Shown: positions 51,901-64,000 of the stretch, one piece after another
How the letters are laid out: each line of letters begins with the position of its first letter
Numbering within the stretch: position 1 is the stretch's first letter
Assembly (NCBI RefSeq): GCF_006345805.1
Contig: NC_043001.1
Coordinates: 36,890,001-36,954,000 of the forward strand
From: Octopus sinensis
Lineage: Eukaryota
Direction of reading: 5' to 3'
Length of the DNA stretch: 64,000 nucleotides
The notes under the pieces: generated by a model
Databases searched by the model: none
What the model saw: the letters and a program-made list of their open reading frames with translations, nothing else
What the model was told of the DNA's origin: nothing
Position numbers and translations under genes: made by a program

Positions 51901-54628
51901 TTCAAAATTCTTAAGATTTTATATGTATATTCTTTGACTAATTACCTTAACACTTTCTTTATTTAATATAATATTAGCGTTGTTTCTTTTAATTTTCGTT
52001 TCATCAAGATTGCCTTACTTCGCTTTATAGAACCAAATTTTATGTCAGTTCTATTTCAATCATAAACAGTCTTTAACAATATTTCCAGTTATTTGTATTC
52101 TGAAATCTAAAACTAAACATCATCTATACACATAAAATGGCATCTTGTTCTCTCATATTATTTCTAACCAAATTCAATCAGGGTTGATATGTTACTTAAA
52201 GTGGTCACTCTTGAGCGGATAAGGAATGTAAAAGCTGGAGTCATCTTGGAAATTTTCTTTTTCTAATACTATCCCATTTATATTAATATAATATATATCC
52301 CATTTTTATTTATATCTACAGAAATCTTCGGTACTTATTCATGGCATGTTTAGTTAGAACTGTTACATTCATAGTTGATCTTTCCAGAATTTGCGACTGA
52401 GTTACACTCAAAAGCCTGTGCCAGCTTCAGACCGTTCATTCTTCTGGTATTTTCGATTATGGCTTCATTAAATCTTACGAGTCTTTCTCTTCTTATAGAA
52501 GTGAATTATTTTTTTATATTTTATTTTATTGTTTCAATTTGTATTCTCTGCGATACTACTGCAGTTAAAGCTTCGTATACTGTAGACGCCCAGATAATAA
52601 ATATTTAGTTTGAAGGTTTATGGTTTCTGTACTCTTGCACGTTAAGATGTTTTACCCCTCGGTGAGCCATTCAAGTAATTATTCAATATTTTTACAACCA
52701 TTCCGTACGTCTGTTAAATATTTTAACCTGAGGTTTAAAACTCCCTCACATCCTGTTGTTTTCCAATTGTTCATTTTCTTTGAAACGCATGAGCTACTTC
52801 TAGCCTTCTTGTTATTCGTTGTTCATGCTCTTCCTTAAAATCTTTCTGCTTTGCTAGCCGATGGGGCTGCTTTGGTTTCTTAGTTATTTTTAAATAGTTC
52901 TTTAAAAATAATTTTGATAGAGATGGGTATAAAAAGCAGGACCGTTGTCTTTTTTATTTTATAACGACTGACATTTGTGTTGATCTCTTGTTTCAGGCGT
53001 TCGTTGACTCCACATACTTCATTTCTTTCCTTTTTTATATTTCTGTAGTTCTTGTCTATTTTGAATATTTTTGTTTTCCCGCAACTGATTTCATTAAGGA
53101 CCAGGCGATCCTTTATTTTATTTTCTATTTGTGTATGTGTACGCGCGCGTGTGTGAGTGTGTGTGTGTGTGTGTCCCACAATGTTTGCCTGTGTTTAGAT
53201 GTTTCTATACAAGTAGTTTTGAAGACGCACTGATTTTGCGTCGTCGTCGTCATCATCGTCATCACCATCGTCACCGTCATCGTTGTCGTCATTATCATCA
53301 TCATCGTCGTCGTCGTCGTCATCATTATTATCGTCATTATCATCATTGTTATTGCTATCATCATCATCTTTCCTTCTTTTGTGCTTTTGTACTATACGCC
53401 TACCCCGAGTCATTAACTTATGACTTAGAGCAAGAGCGAGTAAGTGATTAAATACACTCAACTGACTAATCTGCTTCTTTCATTTAACGTTCAACATTAC
53501 AAGTCACAAGTGTATATACTCGAGTATATATGGGATATAAATTTTAATAAGCTAGGTGTGTACGTAATATACGGTGTAAGTATTAATAGTGATGTGAAGT
53601 CTATGAAGAAATACTGATATAAAATTAGAAGCGTAAAATCATTGAATATTGATTCGTGTTTGTATATATAAATTTCGTAAGTGTAAAGGTATGTGAATAT
53701 AATTTGAGAATATCATTATAATCATTGCCGTTGTCGTCGTTATAATCATCGTTATCGTCATCGTCGTCGTCATCAGAGACGTCAGCAGAGACGTCAGCAT
53801 AATCGTCACCATCGTCATCATTATTATGTTCTGGTTCTAACATAATTAACGTTGTACCCAATTTATTGAAATACAACTCGTCGTCTCAGATGAGGAGCAT
53901 TTTGTACCTTCTCAATAAAATATTTCAGCTCCTCACAGTAGTTCAAACTTCTGAATTATTATTACTGAGTCTAGTAGACGATTGCTGCACTACACTAACT
54001 CCTAATATATGACCAAGCATTTATAAGGTTTCTTCTCAGATATTTCTCTCACTATTTCTCCCAAAGCTTCAATGATAGTCGGTAGTATAAAACCTTGCTA
54101 ACTTCTCTGTTACAACACTCGAGGATTTCATGCTTCAGGTTGGTATAATATTCTACTTTTTTTTTCTTTGTGCTTGCTCTGGTGTCAAATGAGCATGCCA
54201 CGCTACCTTTTTAGTCAAGAGGGAAGGTAGGGCCTCTTATATTTGTGGGGAGGAATGTGATAATCCTTAAAACGGAGACTTTGCCCGAGTGTTTGCAACA
54301 GTGGGTTCTGTTGTGCCTCTAATGGAACTTGGTCCATTAACCAAGTGGTGTTGTTAAATTGGATTCAATCAACCGACCAAGTTGCATTTGAACGCAAAAA
54401 GCCAGAATAAATTTCTGCAAAGACATCCAGGTTGACATTTTTACTATTTCGCCAATCTGCCGCGCCTTGAATTGTTATGCTTTTATTTTCCCTTGAAAAG
54501 ATGAAAATTAAGTTGACCTCGACAGGACATAGAATTGGAACTCAGCAAATCAAATGAGTTTAATGATTTCTTCCTTATCGATCTTACAAGGCAATCGTAA
54601 CTATACAATATCTACATATTCTTTAAAA

Positions 54629-54865
54629 AGGCGGCGAGCTGGCAGAAATGTTAGCACGCTGGGCGAAATGCGTAGCTATATTTCGTCTGTCGTCACGTTC
54701 CGAGTTCAAATTCCGCCGAGGTCGACTTTGCCTTTCATCCTTTCGGGGTCGATAAATTAAGCACCAGTTACACACTGGGGTCGATATAATCGACTTAATC
54801 CGTTTGTCTGTCCTTGTTTGTCCCGTCTGTGTTTAGCCCTTTGTGGGTAGTAAAGAATTAAATAT
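54629..54865 (+). mobile_element. SINE family B, full length
   Basis: AGGCGGCGAGCTGGCAGAAATGTTAGCACG...GAGTTCAAATTCCGCCGAGGTCGACTTTGCCTTTCATCCTTTCGGGGTCGATAAA. Confidence 0.9.
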
Positions 54866-55985
54866 CTGCATATTCTTTAGAACTATTCGAATTACCTGAA
54901 GAAGTTTACTTGAAGATTACAAGATAATTAAATATATTGGCTGAACGCACTGCTCAATGAAGATTATCAGAAAGTTAGATGTACTGGCTCAGAGAAGGTC
55001 ACAAAAGAGTTAAATGTGTTGAACTTATAAACAGCTCAACGAATGGTGCAGCTATCCTGTCCAAAAACACAATGAAATTTACGACAGAGTTACGTGTCTT
55101 CTTTACATATACAGCTCCGTGAAGATTACAAATAGCTTAGCTATATGGAGACAGCTCAGTGAAGTCTACAGGAGACTTCCTATAACCAAACTACAACCAA
55201 CTGCCTTGATTATATATACAGCTTAATGAAAGTTAAAAGTGATTTCAGTGACTTAGCTATTTTACATGGATCAACGAAAGTCATAGAACACAAACAATGC
55301 GTCGCATAAGTCCATCTTGGAATTATTACCAACTTTGAAAATTGGTGACTGTCAATAACTCATTTCTGAAAATTTTCGAATAAACCACCAGAATCGAGCC
55401 CTATAAAATTGTTGTATGGTATGACCAGTATTTTTACAACTGAGTCAGTGACGTGCGTGTATAAAATATCAACAGAAATTTGATCGTTGGCAGACGTGTT
55501 TTCTTTTGGTTTATGTTTCATATTTAAGAGATATTTTGGAAGTTGTTCAGGAATGTGGTTCTATCAATGTTAATTCCATGCTTCCTGAGCAGTTTCAGAA
55601 TTTCTCATCGATTAGAAGAACAGAATTATTTCGAAATTTATTTTATTTATATATGATCAGTGTCTAAGATATTACTAATATAATTGATAACCTTTTAGTC
55701 TATTGTTCTAATCTTCTCTTACTGCCCCTCTTTCTAGCATTTTCCCCTCTAACTCTCGTTAATTCTTTCTTCCTCTCTTTTACTCTCTAAATATTTCCAC
55801 TATAACACCCCGTCATCTACTGTTGAATGACTATTCCTCCTTACCTCGAACCTCTCTATCCTTTTTTCCCGCCTTCGCTATATATAATCCCTGCCTTTTT
55901 TTCTTCACTTATATATGACATCTATCCTTTCCCTCTATCTCTCTCTCTCCCCTCCCTCTCTCTCCCGTCGTGTGTGTGGTCTGCA

Positions 55986-56027
<42 letters not shown>

Positions 56028-56872
56028 TAAATACACATTCACACACTCGCACATACAGACACATACACAGGCATGTGTACGTATGTGTGTACCTACCTAC
56101 ATGTGTACAAGCGCGTGTTCGCACGCATGTGCGAGCGCACGTGTGTATGTGTATTCGCATGCGTGTGCACGTGTGTGTTTGCGTGTGTGAATCTGCACCT
56201 CTCACTTTTACAACTCTTTCAATATTACATTATCACTCGCCCTCCATCTATTCTTTCTCTCTCTCTCTCTCTTTCTTTCTTTCATTCTTTATTTCTTTGT
56301 CTCCCTCTCTTTCTTTTCTTCTTTTTTATCCTCCACTGTCACTTCCTCTCTCCACCCACGCTCTCTCGCTGTTCCCCCTCTCTATACCTCCCCCAGTTCT
56401 TCCCCTCTCTCTCTCTGTCTTTGTCTCTCTCTTTCTCTCTCTCTCTCTCTTTCTTTCTTTCATTCTTTATTTCTTTGTCTCCATCTCTTTCTTTTCCTCT
56501 TTTTTTCATCCTCCACTGTCACTTCCTCTCTCTACCCATGCTCTCTCGCTGTTCCCCCTCTCTATTCGTCCTCCATTTCTCCTCCTCTCTCTCTCTTCTT
56601 TGTCTCTCTCTCTTTCTCTGACGATCACACATATTTGCTTGCTCACTAACGCTCCGCTTTGTCACTCAGGCTCTCTATATGACAGACATTAATATCATTC
56701 CATCCATCCTTCCTTCCTTCCTCCTCTTTATCTACCTCCCCCATACATTCCCTCTCTCACACTCTCACTCTCTCTCACTCTCACTCTCTCTCTTCCCATC
56801 TACCTTTTTTTTACCAAACACTCTAATCAGGTAATGCACATGTAATGGCAGCTCTAATGCTAGTCTTCTTAC

Positions 56873-56952
56873 CACGATCCGCCCGTCAATAGCCACTGGC
56901 TGAGCCACCTGAATAACTGAAGCGGTATTCTGGAACGAAGTTAAAGGCGGTA
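56873..56952 (-). other. Candidate 80-nt internal exon (xPPLTSFQNTASVIQVAQPVAIDGRIV)
   Basis: Acceptor: TTGAC branch-like motif, polypyrimidine tract and an AG-free run of about 45 nt ending in CACAG|. Donor GTG|GTAAGA. Only one of the three frames is open. No protein family recognised. Confidence 0.3.
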
Positions 56953-57339
56953 CTGTGCGAACAGTGTCGCCGGGGAGAAAAAGTAATAAATATGTCAACT
57001 CTAGGTGTTATGGATATGATTGGTGTTTGCATTAATTCCTGACTCAATACATCATCTTTATTGAAAACTATCTCCTGCACTCACAGAAAGACGGACCAAG
57101 GTTACAACAGAACATTGACCCTGTCAAATGCCATTTGAAGTAAGCCAAAATAATAGGAAGGTATCGAAACCCCGCGACTGGCAAGCAAAAAGTCAGAAGC
57201 ATTGTTGTTATTCACAAGTGCTGGATGAATGCTACAGCCATTTTCTTTCTGGTTGACCTCGCTCGCTACGAAACATAGGTGACCATTAAATCAATTAGAA
57301 TGGTGTTCGTGGTAGAATATCTAGAAATGTAATGCGTCT

Positions 57340-57631
57340 ACATATATACACATATACATATATATATATATATATATACTCACACATATAAATATAAGTA
57401 TATATTTATATGCATGTATATATAAATGTGTGTATATTTATGTATATATATGCATACAAGTACATATATACACGTGTGTGTAGATGTGTATATATATATA
57501 TAATATATATATATATATATTATATACTCACACATATAAATTAAGTATATATTTATATGCATGTATATATAAATGTGTGTATATTTATGTATATATATGC
57601 ATACAAGTACATATATACACGTGTGTGTAGA

Positions 57632-57666
<35 letters not shown>

Positions 57667-58000
57667 TATATATATATGTATATATCTATATGTGTGTATA
57701 TATCTAAATGTATGTATATATATATGTATATATATGTGTGTGTATATATGTATGTACATGTATGTAGATATATATATATATGAATATATATGTCTGTGTA
57801 TGTATATATATATGTATATGCATATATATATATATACAATATGCATAATACATATTATATATATGTGTGTGTGTGTGTGCGTGTGTGTGTGCGTGTGTGT
57901 GCGTATGTGTCTGTGTATGTTTGTAAATATGTACGTATTGTATTTATGCGTTTGTATATGTGCGTGAATGAATGTATTTCTGTGTTTTTCACAAACAAAA
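57340..58000. repeat. Complex AT microsatellite with a 148-bp tandem duplication
   Basis: TACTCACACATATAAA...CACGTGTGTGTAGATGTG starts at 57377 and again at 57525. Confidence 0.85.
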
Positions 58001-58705
58001 GAAAGAGAAAGAAAGAAAAAACTTCGATAAATGAACTTAGAGATATTTTCTCGTCCAATCTCTCGAGTTAACATTTAACCCATAATTTCTGCATTTATTT
58101 CTATTCAATTCTGTTTTTGTGTTCACTCCATCGTTCCTCGCTTAATGCTTGACGAACAACTAAAAGAAGCTAAACCGTTTTTATTGTATTTATTTATTCT
58201 GAGAGAAAATAAAAATGTCAGAAATGAAAAAGTAAAAGAGAGAAAAATATGGGCTAATGACCGAACTTATATTTCATTTCATTCTATATTTCTAGAAATA
58301 TTTTTCTTTGTTTCTTTCAATCCCAGACGATACGCTCAAGGTAGATAGAAAAGGAAGTTTAAATAGATTATATATCAATATATAAGCTGTCAGGAAGTGA
58401 GTTCATATTGTACAATAGTCTTTTCAGTTATTTTGTTCTTTTTTGGACAATTATTTTTTATGCACAAGTATAGACACTAAGACATTCCGGAGAACGTATC
58501 CTCCTGTGAGCGATTGATTTACAATTTTCTTTAGGAAGCGGTTCATTGATATCCGTTGAGTTAAAGAAATGTATTTATTTGTGTATTGATTAAAACTACA
58601 GAGTATGATGTAAAACAATTTTTTTTACTAATCTCAGGTTCAAATACAACCAGGCAGATTTATCAGACACGCAAACTATAATCGTTTAGCATATCTAGTT
58701 CAGCA

Positions 58706-58821
58706 TATTTAGTTCGTTCAAAGTTGCCTCTCATAGGTACATCTCATCGAAAAGAGTCAATAAACTCTAAACATCGATGTCTGAGATTCCCGAGAGATGG
58801 CGACACTGAACGAACTGGGTA
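58706..58821. mobile_element. Small TA-flanked MITE-like element
   Basis: Left TATTTAGTTCGTTCAAAGTTGCCTCT versus reverse complement of the right end TACCCAGTTCGTTCAGTGTCGCCATCT. Confidence 0.5.
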
Positions 58822-59269
58822 TTTTCACACCTTTTTTACCATAAGGGAGATTTTTCTCCACGGTAACTGCAGCCTTTAGCATTTGAAATATGTGACAAAC
58901 ATATTTCAATTAACCTAAATATATATATATATAGAGGGTAAAATTAATTAATAATTAATAATTTTACCAAGTAGTTCGGTATGTTAAAAGAACCATTATC
59001 GGTAAACCTATACAAAAATTCTATAATACTCAACAACTCACGCAGGTAAAGTTAGAGATGTGAGAGATTTTACATATGTGTGTGTGTGAGTGTGTCTGCG
59101 TCTGTGCGTGTGTGTGTATATGTGTGTGTATGTCTGTGTGTGTGTGTATGTCTGTGTGTATGTGGGTCAGTGTGCAAAAGAACGCAGAATTATATATTCT
59201 TTAATCAGCTTACGCAGGTTTCGGATAAATTGGTAAATTCCAAAATTCTGCGATGCAGTAATCATGCAT

Positions 59270-59280
59270 ATTATTGGAGC

Positions 59281-59351
<71 letters not shown>

Positions 59352-59405
59352 TAATAATAAGGGTAGAGCACTTGCAGAAAACAGCACTGCTTGGAACCAC
59401 TCGAA
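59270..59405 (+). mobile_element. Tiny R4-type RLE C-terminal remnant interrupted by (AAT)n
   Basis: IIGA-(AAT)[15 protein letters not shown] matches the LQKTALLGT end motif. Confidence 0.45.
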
Positions 59406-59461
59406 AATATGTGTATATGTGTCTATATATACGTATTTACATGTGTGTATATGTATGTATA

Positions 59462-59513
<52 letters not shown>

Positions 59514-59533
59514 TATATTTATTTATATATATA

Positions 59534-59573
<40 letters not shown>

Positions 59574-59791
59574 TATATATATATAATAATAAATAATAAT
59601 AACAATAATAATAAAATAATAATAATAATAATAATAATACTTTATAACTTAAAGCTTATAAACGATCACCGTGTTTTGATTAAAGAAAATAGTCTAATAT
59701 TGGGGGATATATACCCTCTGTATTCGTGACAATCATTGTAGATATGTGTGTGTATGCATACATATATGTATAGAGAGAGACAGACAGACAA

Positions 59792-59851
<60 letters not shown>

Positions 59852-61714
59852 TATGTGAGAGCTAGATATGCTCAGTATAGAAAACACATAGCAAGGATCA
59901 AATGAATTTGAACTTCGAATTCTTCATCCTGAACTTGGTCCATGGCGTCAAGAGCGGCTATAAGAAAAATCCAAGACGAGCTAATATGAAGGCAGTGATG
60001 CAGATTAACACAATTAAGCTTGACTCATATATTCATACATACATATATATATTTGGGTCATAGATGAAACAAATTTACGTTTTCTTTTAACTTTTCTCTT
60101 GTTTTGCTCTTAGTTCCAATTCTCTATTTTTAATTCAGTTCAATCGCTACGTTAACTATGGTCAACAGAATAAGCTCCAGTTATTTAGTGTTTGAAATTC
60201 GACTGATTATTTTACCCCCACAAAGAGGCTGCTTTGTGCTTATGCACGGAAACAAAATAATTCACAGTTTGCAGTATTTCTTTTCACTAATCCATCAAAT
60301 AATTTCATTGAATTTGGGAGAGTTCATTGAATGAACATATAATATATTGATATTTAAGTGGTACTAAATTGAGATTTTGAGTAGTAAGACAACAGGCGTA
60401 ATAAAGCTCTCTACTTTCGTGTTTATCCGGTAGGTTAGCTATTCTTCCACACTTATAGCTCTCTGTAACCATAAGAAAATTATACCTCGGAATATAATAA
60501 CTCGTTTGCTATAATAATTTTTTTTCTTGTTACTCCTAAACTGCAATTTTCAAGTTGCCCTTTCCTTGTACACTAAAGATGTATTTTGAAGGAAAGATTG
60601 AGATGCCTGTAACGAATTATAGCTTGATACACATGGCTCTAATACACACAGCTAAATATGATAAATGAGAATTTACTTTTAAAGTGATAACTCATGTTTG
60701 GTGGTGGAGATTCTAAGCTATAAGCAATGACTATAACAGCACCAGTGAAATGTCAGATTCAAACCTAAGACAATAGCAGAGCGTTGACTTCAGCGTACAA
60801 TTTGACAGGCTAAATAATTAACCACTCGTATGTAGATAATGTGCTTATAACTCTAAAATTGTTTCACTCCTTCGTTTATTCAGTTTTTAGAGATTATGTA
60901 TCAAAGTACAAGAGAAGACAATCGTGAAAATTCGTGCAAATAGGGTGGATGGGAACCATACAACTACCGGCACAATGTAATCTGATTTAGAATCTTACAA
61001 CAATGAGTTCAACTCGTCTGATCTTAAGTTACGAAGTCAATACCTTTAGTAATATCCCCACCACCTACGAAATATAGCGAACTGTATGATTTACAACATA
61101 TGCCACCAGACTATATGAATTTCTATCAGAATCCAGGAAGCTATAGAATGCACCAGCCTCAAGGTAGAGCAGTATGTTTTGCAAATTAACAAGTGTTTGG
61201 TTAGATCCCACTATTCTACAAAATATTCCCTATCGGAATATATTTATTCAGCAACTTAGCTTTTTAGCTATTGTGTCGCCTGACGTCACATTTAAAGATG
61301 TAGAGGTTGTTATAAATGTTACAACAAGGGTCAGAGACCTACATTGTCAAGTCAACATAAAGTACTTACAGAAATTTATAAATCTCGGTAAATGTCATAG
61401 AGAGGAAGGAGTGTTTTCTCATACAGTTGATGCTACATCTTCATTAAACCTATGTGTAGTGTATAAAGGAAGAGTAAACAGGCCAGAAATTGGTTGTTGA
61501 GAAGAACAGTAGGAGTGATGGGAGAAAGTACTCAACAGCCTAATGAGTGTACCTTTATCCGGGTAACCTAGGAGGAGTATAGGAAAGAGAGGTAACAAGC
61601 CAACAGAAAAGTCGGAATGATAAAAGGATGGAAGGAGCAGGTATATGATGAGAAAGGCAGATATATATGGGGTCGGCGGGGGATAGTGAGTGATGTTACT
61701 AAAGGTGAACAAAA

Positions 61715-61790
61715 GCACCATCTGCATCACATGACCAAACAAGCACAGTATTCCTCTCTTGCACACGGCAACAAATTCCTCTTTGGTGAT
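61715..61790 (-). mobile_element. RTE-like LINE fragment (post-RT region)
   Basis: VQER(fs)..LCLFGHVMQM resembles the LRW(F/Y)GHV.RM motif. Confidence 0.5.
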
Positions 61791-62013
61791 CAGATAAAGG
61801 TAAGAATAGATGTTAAGTGATAAAAGAGGTGACCCACCGGGGTGTAAGTAATGGCTTGTAGTACAGCAGAACGTAGTTAGAATATAATGGGTAGGAGGGA
61901 GTGACGGCAACCCTGACCAACCTTTTATACGAGGACTTAAGAAAAGGTGAGTGGGGTCAGAGTGAAGTAATGTAGATGGGAGACATGGAGAGGAGTGTTT
62001 GCAGTGATCGTAC

Positions 62014-62331
62014 ATGATGTCACACAGCGAAGATACCAAGAGGCCTGTCAAGGCAAATCTAATTGGATCGAACAGTAAAAATAGTAAGAGAAAGAGGAAT
62101 GAAAGCTACTCCAACTACATCTATAAGGTTATGAAACAGAACCATCCCGATACTGGAATATCCAAAAAGAACCCGTGACTATCATAAACGGTTTTGTTAA
62201 TGACTTGTTCGAGAGAATCGCCGAAAGCCAGTCACTTGGCTCACTACAGCAAACGTTCGACCATCAGTAGTCGAGAGATTCTTACTGCTGTCTGACTTTT
62301 GCTTTCTGACCAATTTGTCAAACATGCAATA
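62014..62331 (+). pseudogene. H2B: Histone H2B pseudogene
   Basis: [42 protein letters not shown](fs)[17 protein letters not shown](fs)ASHLAHYSKRSTISSREILTAV*LLL...KHA. This is an unmistakable H2B fold sequence with two frameshifts and a CGA-to-TGA stop. The C-terminus and histone stem-loop are absent. Confidence 0.92.
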
Positions 62332-62391
62332 TTACTTTGTAAACATTTTGTGTGAGTGGGTGGGGGGTGCGCGTATGTGTGTTGTTTTATT

Positions 62392-62780
62392 CATATACTT
62401 GTTTCAGTCGGTTAACTGCGACCATGCAAGAGCACCGCCTGGAACCTTTTTTGTCGAACAATCGACTCCAGTACTTATTTTTTTAAGCCGAGTACTTTTT
62501 CTATGAGTCCTTTTGCCGAACGGCTAAGTTACGGGACGTAAACACACCAGCACCGGTTGTCAAGCGGTGATGGGAGACAAACACAGACACAAAGACACAC
62601 GCACATGTGTGTGTGTGTGAGTGTATACAATGTGCTTCTTTCAGTTTCCGTCACTCATAAGGCTTTGGTCGGCCCGAGGCAATTACAGAAGACACTTGAC
62701 CAAGGTGCCGCGCAGTGGGACTGAACCCGGAACGATGTGGCTGGGAAGCAAGCTTCTTAACAAATAGCCACGCCTGCCTG
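62392..62780 (-). mobile_element. SINE family A, near full length
   Basis: Tail-to-head match to the 48325 copy. Confidence 0.85.
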
Positions 62781-62782
62781 TA

Positions 62783-63653
62783 AATGGGATGCGGTGAATA
62801 AACTGCCGTCTAAATTACGCAAAAAGGAAAATAACATTGATATCTCATTTTAACAGATATATTTACCGAAATTACATGAAAATATCAGGAAATACTAAAG
62901 ACTAAATTTATTCAATTAAATCGCCATTGGCTTCAACCGCGGTCTCCAGACGATTTCAGAATCTCCTGCAACTCTTCTAAATGGTCTTCTTGATTAAGTT
63001 GATGAATGCTGCCATAATTCTTGCCTTCAATTCAACTTTGGTGTTACAAGGAGTTTTGTTGACCTCCCGCTCAACTGCGCCTCACACATAGTAATCAAGG
63101 ACGTTTCAATTTGAGTTAGGTGGCCAGATGATAGCGGTGATGTGGTCGCAGAAATTGTCTGACAACAACTAGGTTTTCCTGCTTGTGCGGTATAGTGCAG
63201 AGTCCTGTTGCCGGACATAGGGACTTCCAGCAGCCACCAGGGTAGCATTATATCCTGCTTGATGTAGGCCTGTGTTGAGTTTAAAGCCGTGTGGGAAGAT
63301 GAATGGAGGCATAACGTCGCCATCGCTAGTGATCACTCCAAACACCATGATGTTGACTGGATGTTTGATTTTTATCACTCTGAGTACATATCCTTATATT
63401 GCACTTTCCTCAGACTGACACCCAAACACCCTGAAATGTTCATATTAGAACCCCCGGCGCGAATGCCAAGCAATACAATATGTAGTTTCCAAATTTCAGG
63501 CAAAGTGAATTGCATCATGGTGCCGTTTTTTCTACAGACGGTGCCCTACTGACTGTACTATACTGTGTAGTCGACAAAATCAAAAATAAAGAATGCGCAT
63601 GCGCAAAATTAAATATATATAAAATGACGACAATTTACCCACCACATCCTGTA
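62783..63653 (-). mobile_element. Internally deleted DD37D/maT-like transposon with both TIRs
   Basis: Transposase remnant 62908-63380 (KHPVNIMVFGVITSDGDVMPPFIF, QQDSA, WPPNS..LDYYV*GAVERE, EANGDLIE*). TIRs at 62783-62810 and 63626-63653 match at 20 of 28 positions. Confidence 0.85.
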
Positions 63654-63920
63654 TGTGTGTGTATGTTTGTGTGCGTGTGTGCGTGCGTGCGTGCATGTGC
63701 GTGCATGCGCGTGCGTGTATGTGTGTGTGTGTAGTATCTGAAGTGTACAGTATTATATATCCATTACTGCCGATATTGGTAAGGTCAACAATAATGATAT
63801 AATAGTGTATCCTTCGGATAATATACCCAGTCTATTGACAGATATACAAATATACGAGTGCATTTTTATCTGACGTATGGACTCTTTGACAACCTACATA
63901 TATATATATATATATATATA

Positions 63921-63986
63921 TAGGCGTAGGAGTGGTTGTGTGGTAAGTAGCTTGCTTACCAACCACATAGTTCCGGGTTCAGTCTC
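63921..63986 (+). mobile_element. SINE family A head
   Basis: GGCGTAGGAGTGGTTGTGTGGTAAGTAGCTTGCTTACCAACCACATAGTTCCGGGTTCAGTC. Confidence 0.85.
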
Positions 63987-64000
63987 AAAGCATGGAACTT

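Noticed and set aside
54300-54440. Minus-strand MSTWMSLQKFILAFCVQMQLG signal-peptide-like mini ORF
   Set aside because: Only 33 codons, with no convincing splice donor.
54900-55260. CRISPR-like repeat-spacer appearance
   Set aside because: Eukaryotic context, poorly conserved repeats, irregular spacing and no cas genes. It is kept only as a degenerate array finding.
61419-62051. 210-aa minus-strand ORF, the longest non-microsatellite ORF
   Set aside because: The strand is pyrimidine-rich (stop-poor), it contains a 75-bp RTE-like fragment that is frameshifted relative to its motif, and it shows no coherent domain.

Overview
Eukaryotic, AT-rich DNA saturated with microsatellites, most likely intronic or intergenic sequence from an octopod cephalopod. 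That species call is inference from the extreme (AT)n/(ATAC)n/(AAT)n/(AG)n density, the tRNA-derived SINE families and the TTAGGG-type repeat. No intact protein-coding gene, rRNA, true tRNA or CRISPR array is supported, and nearly all ORFs in the supplied track are translated microsatellites. The window holds: several tRNA-headed SINE families; decayed Tc1/mariner transposases (two DD37D/maT-type, one DD34D mariner, plus MITEs); non-autonomous Helitrons, one carrying 147-bp internal repeats; fragments of R4/Dong-like and other LINEs; Penelope-like GIY-YIG fragments; and a disrupted histone H2B pseudogene near 62.0-62.3 kb. The most notable signal is five hammerhead-ribozyme-like motifs in Penelope-type or short dispersed repeats. 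One (17964-18026) folds into a near-complete type I hammerhead about 75 nt downstream of a GIY-YIG remnant. Other notable signals are near-perfect long hairpins, a locally templated insertion, an interstitial telomere array and one candidate 80-nt minus-strand exon. Coordinates were read by eye and repeat boundaries are approximate. Family names come from motif recall, not database searches.
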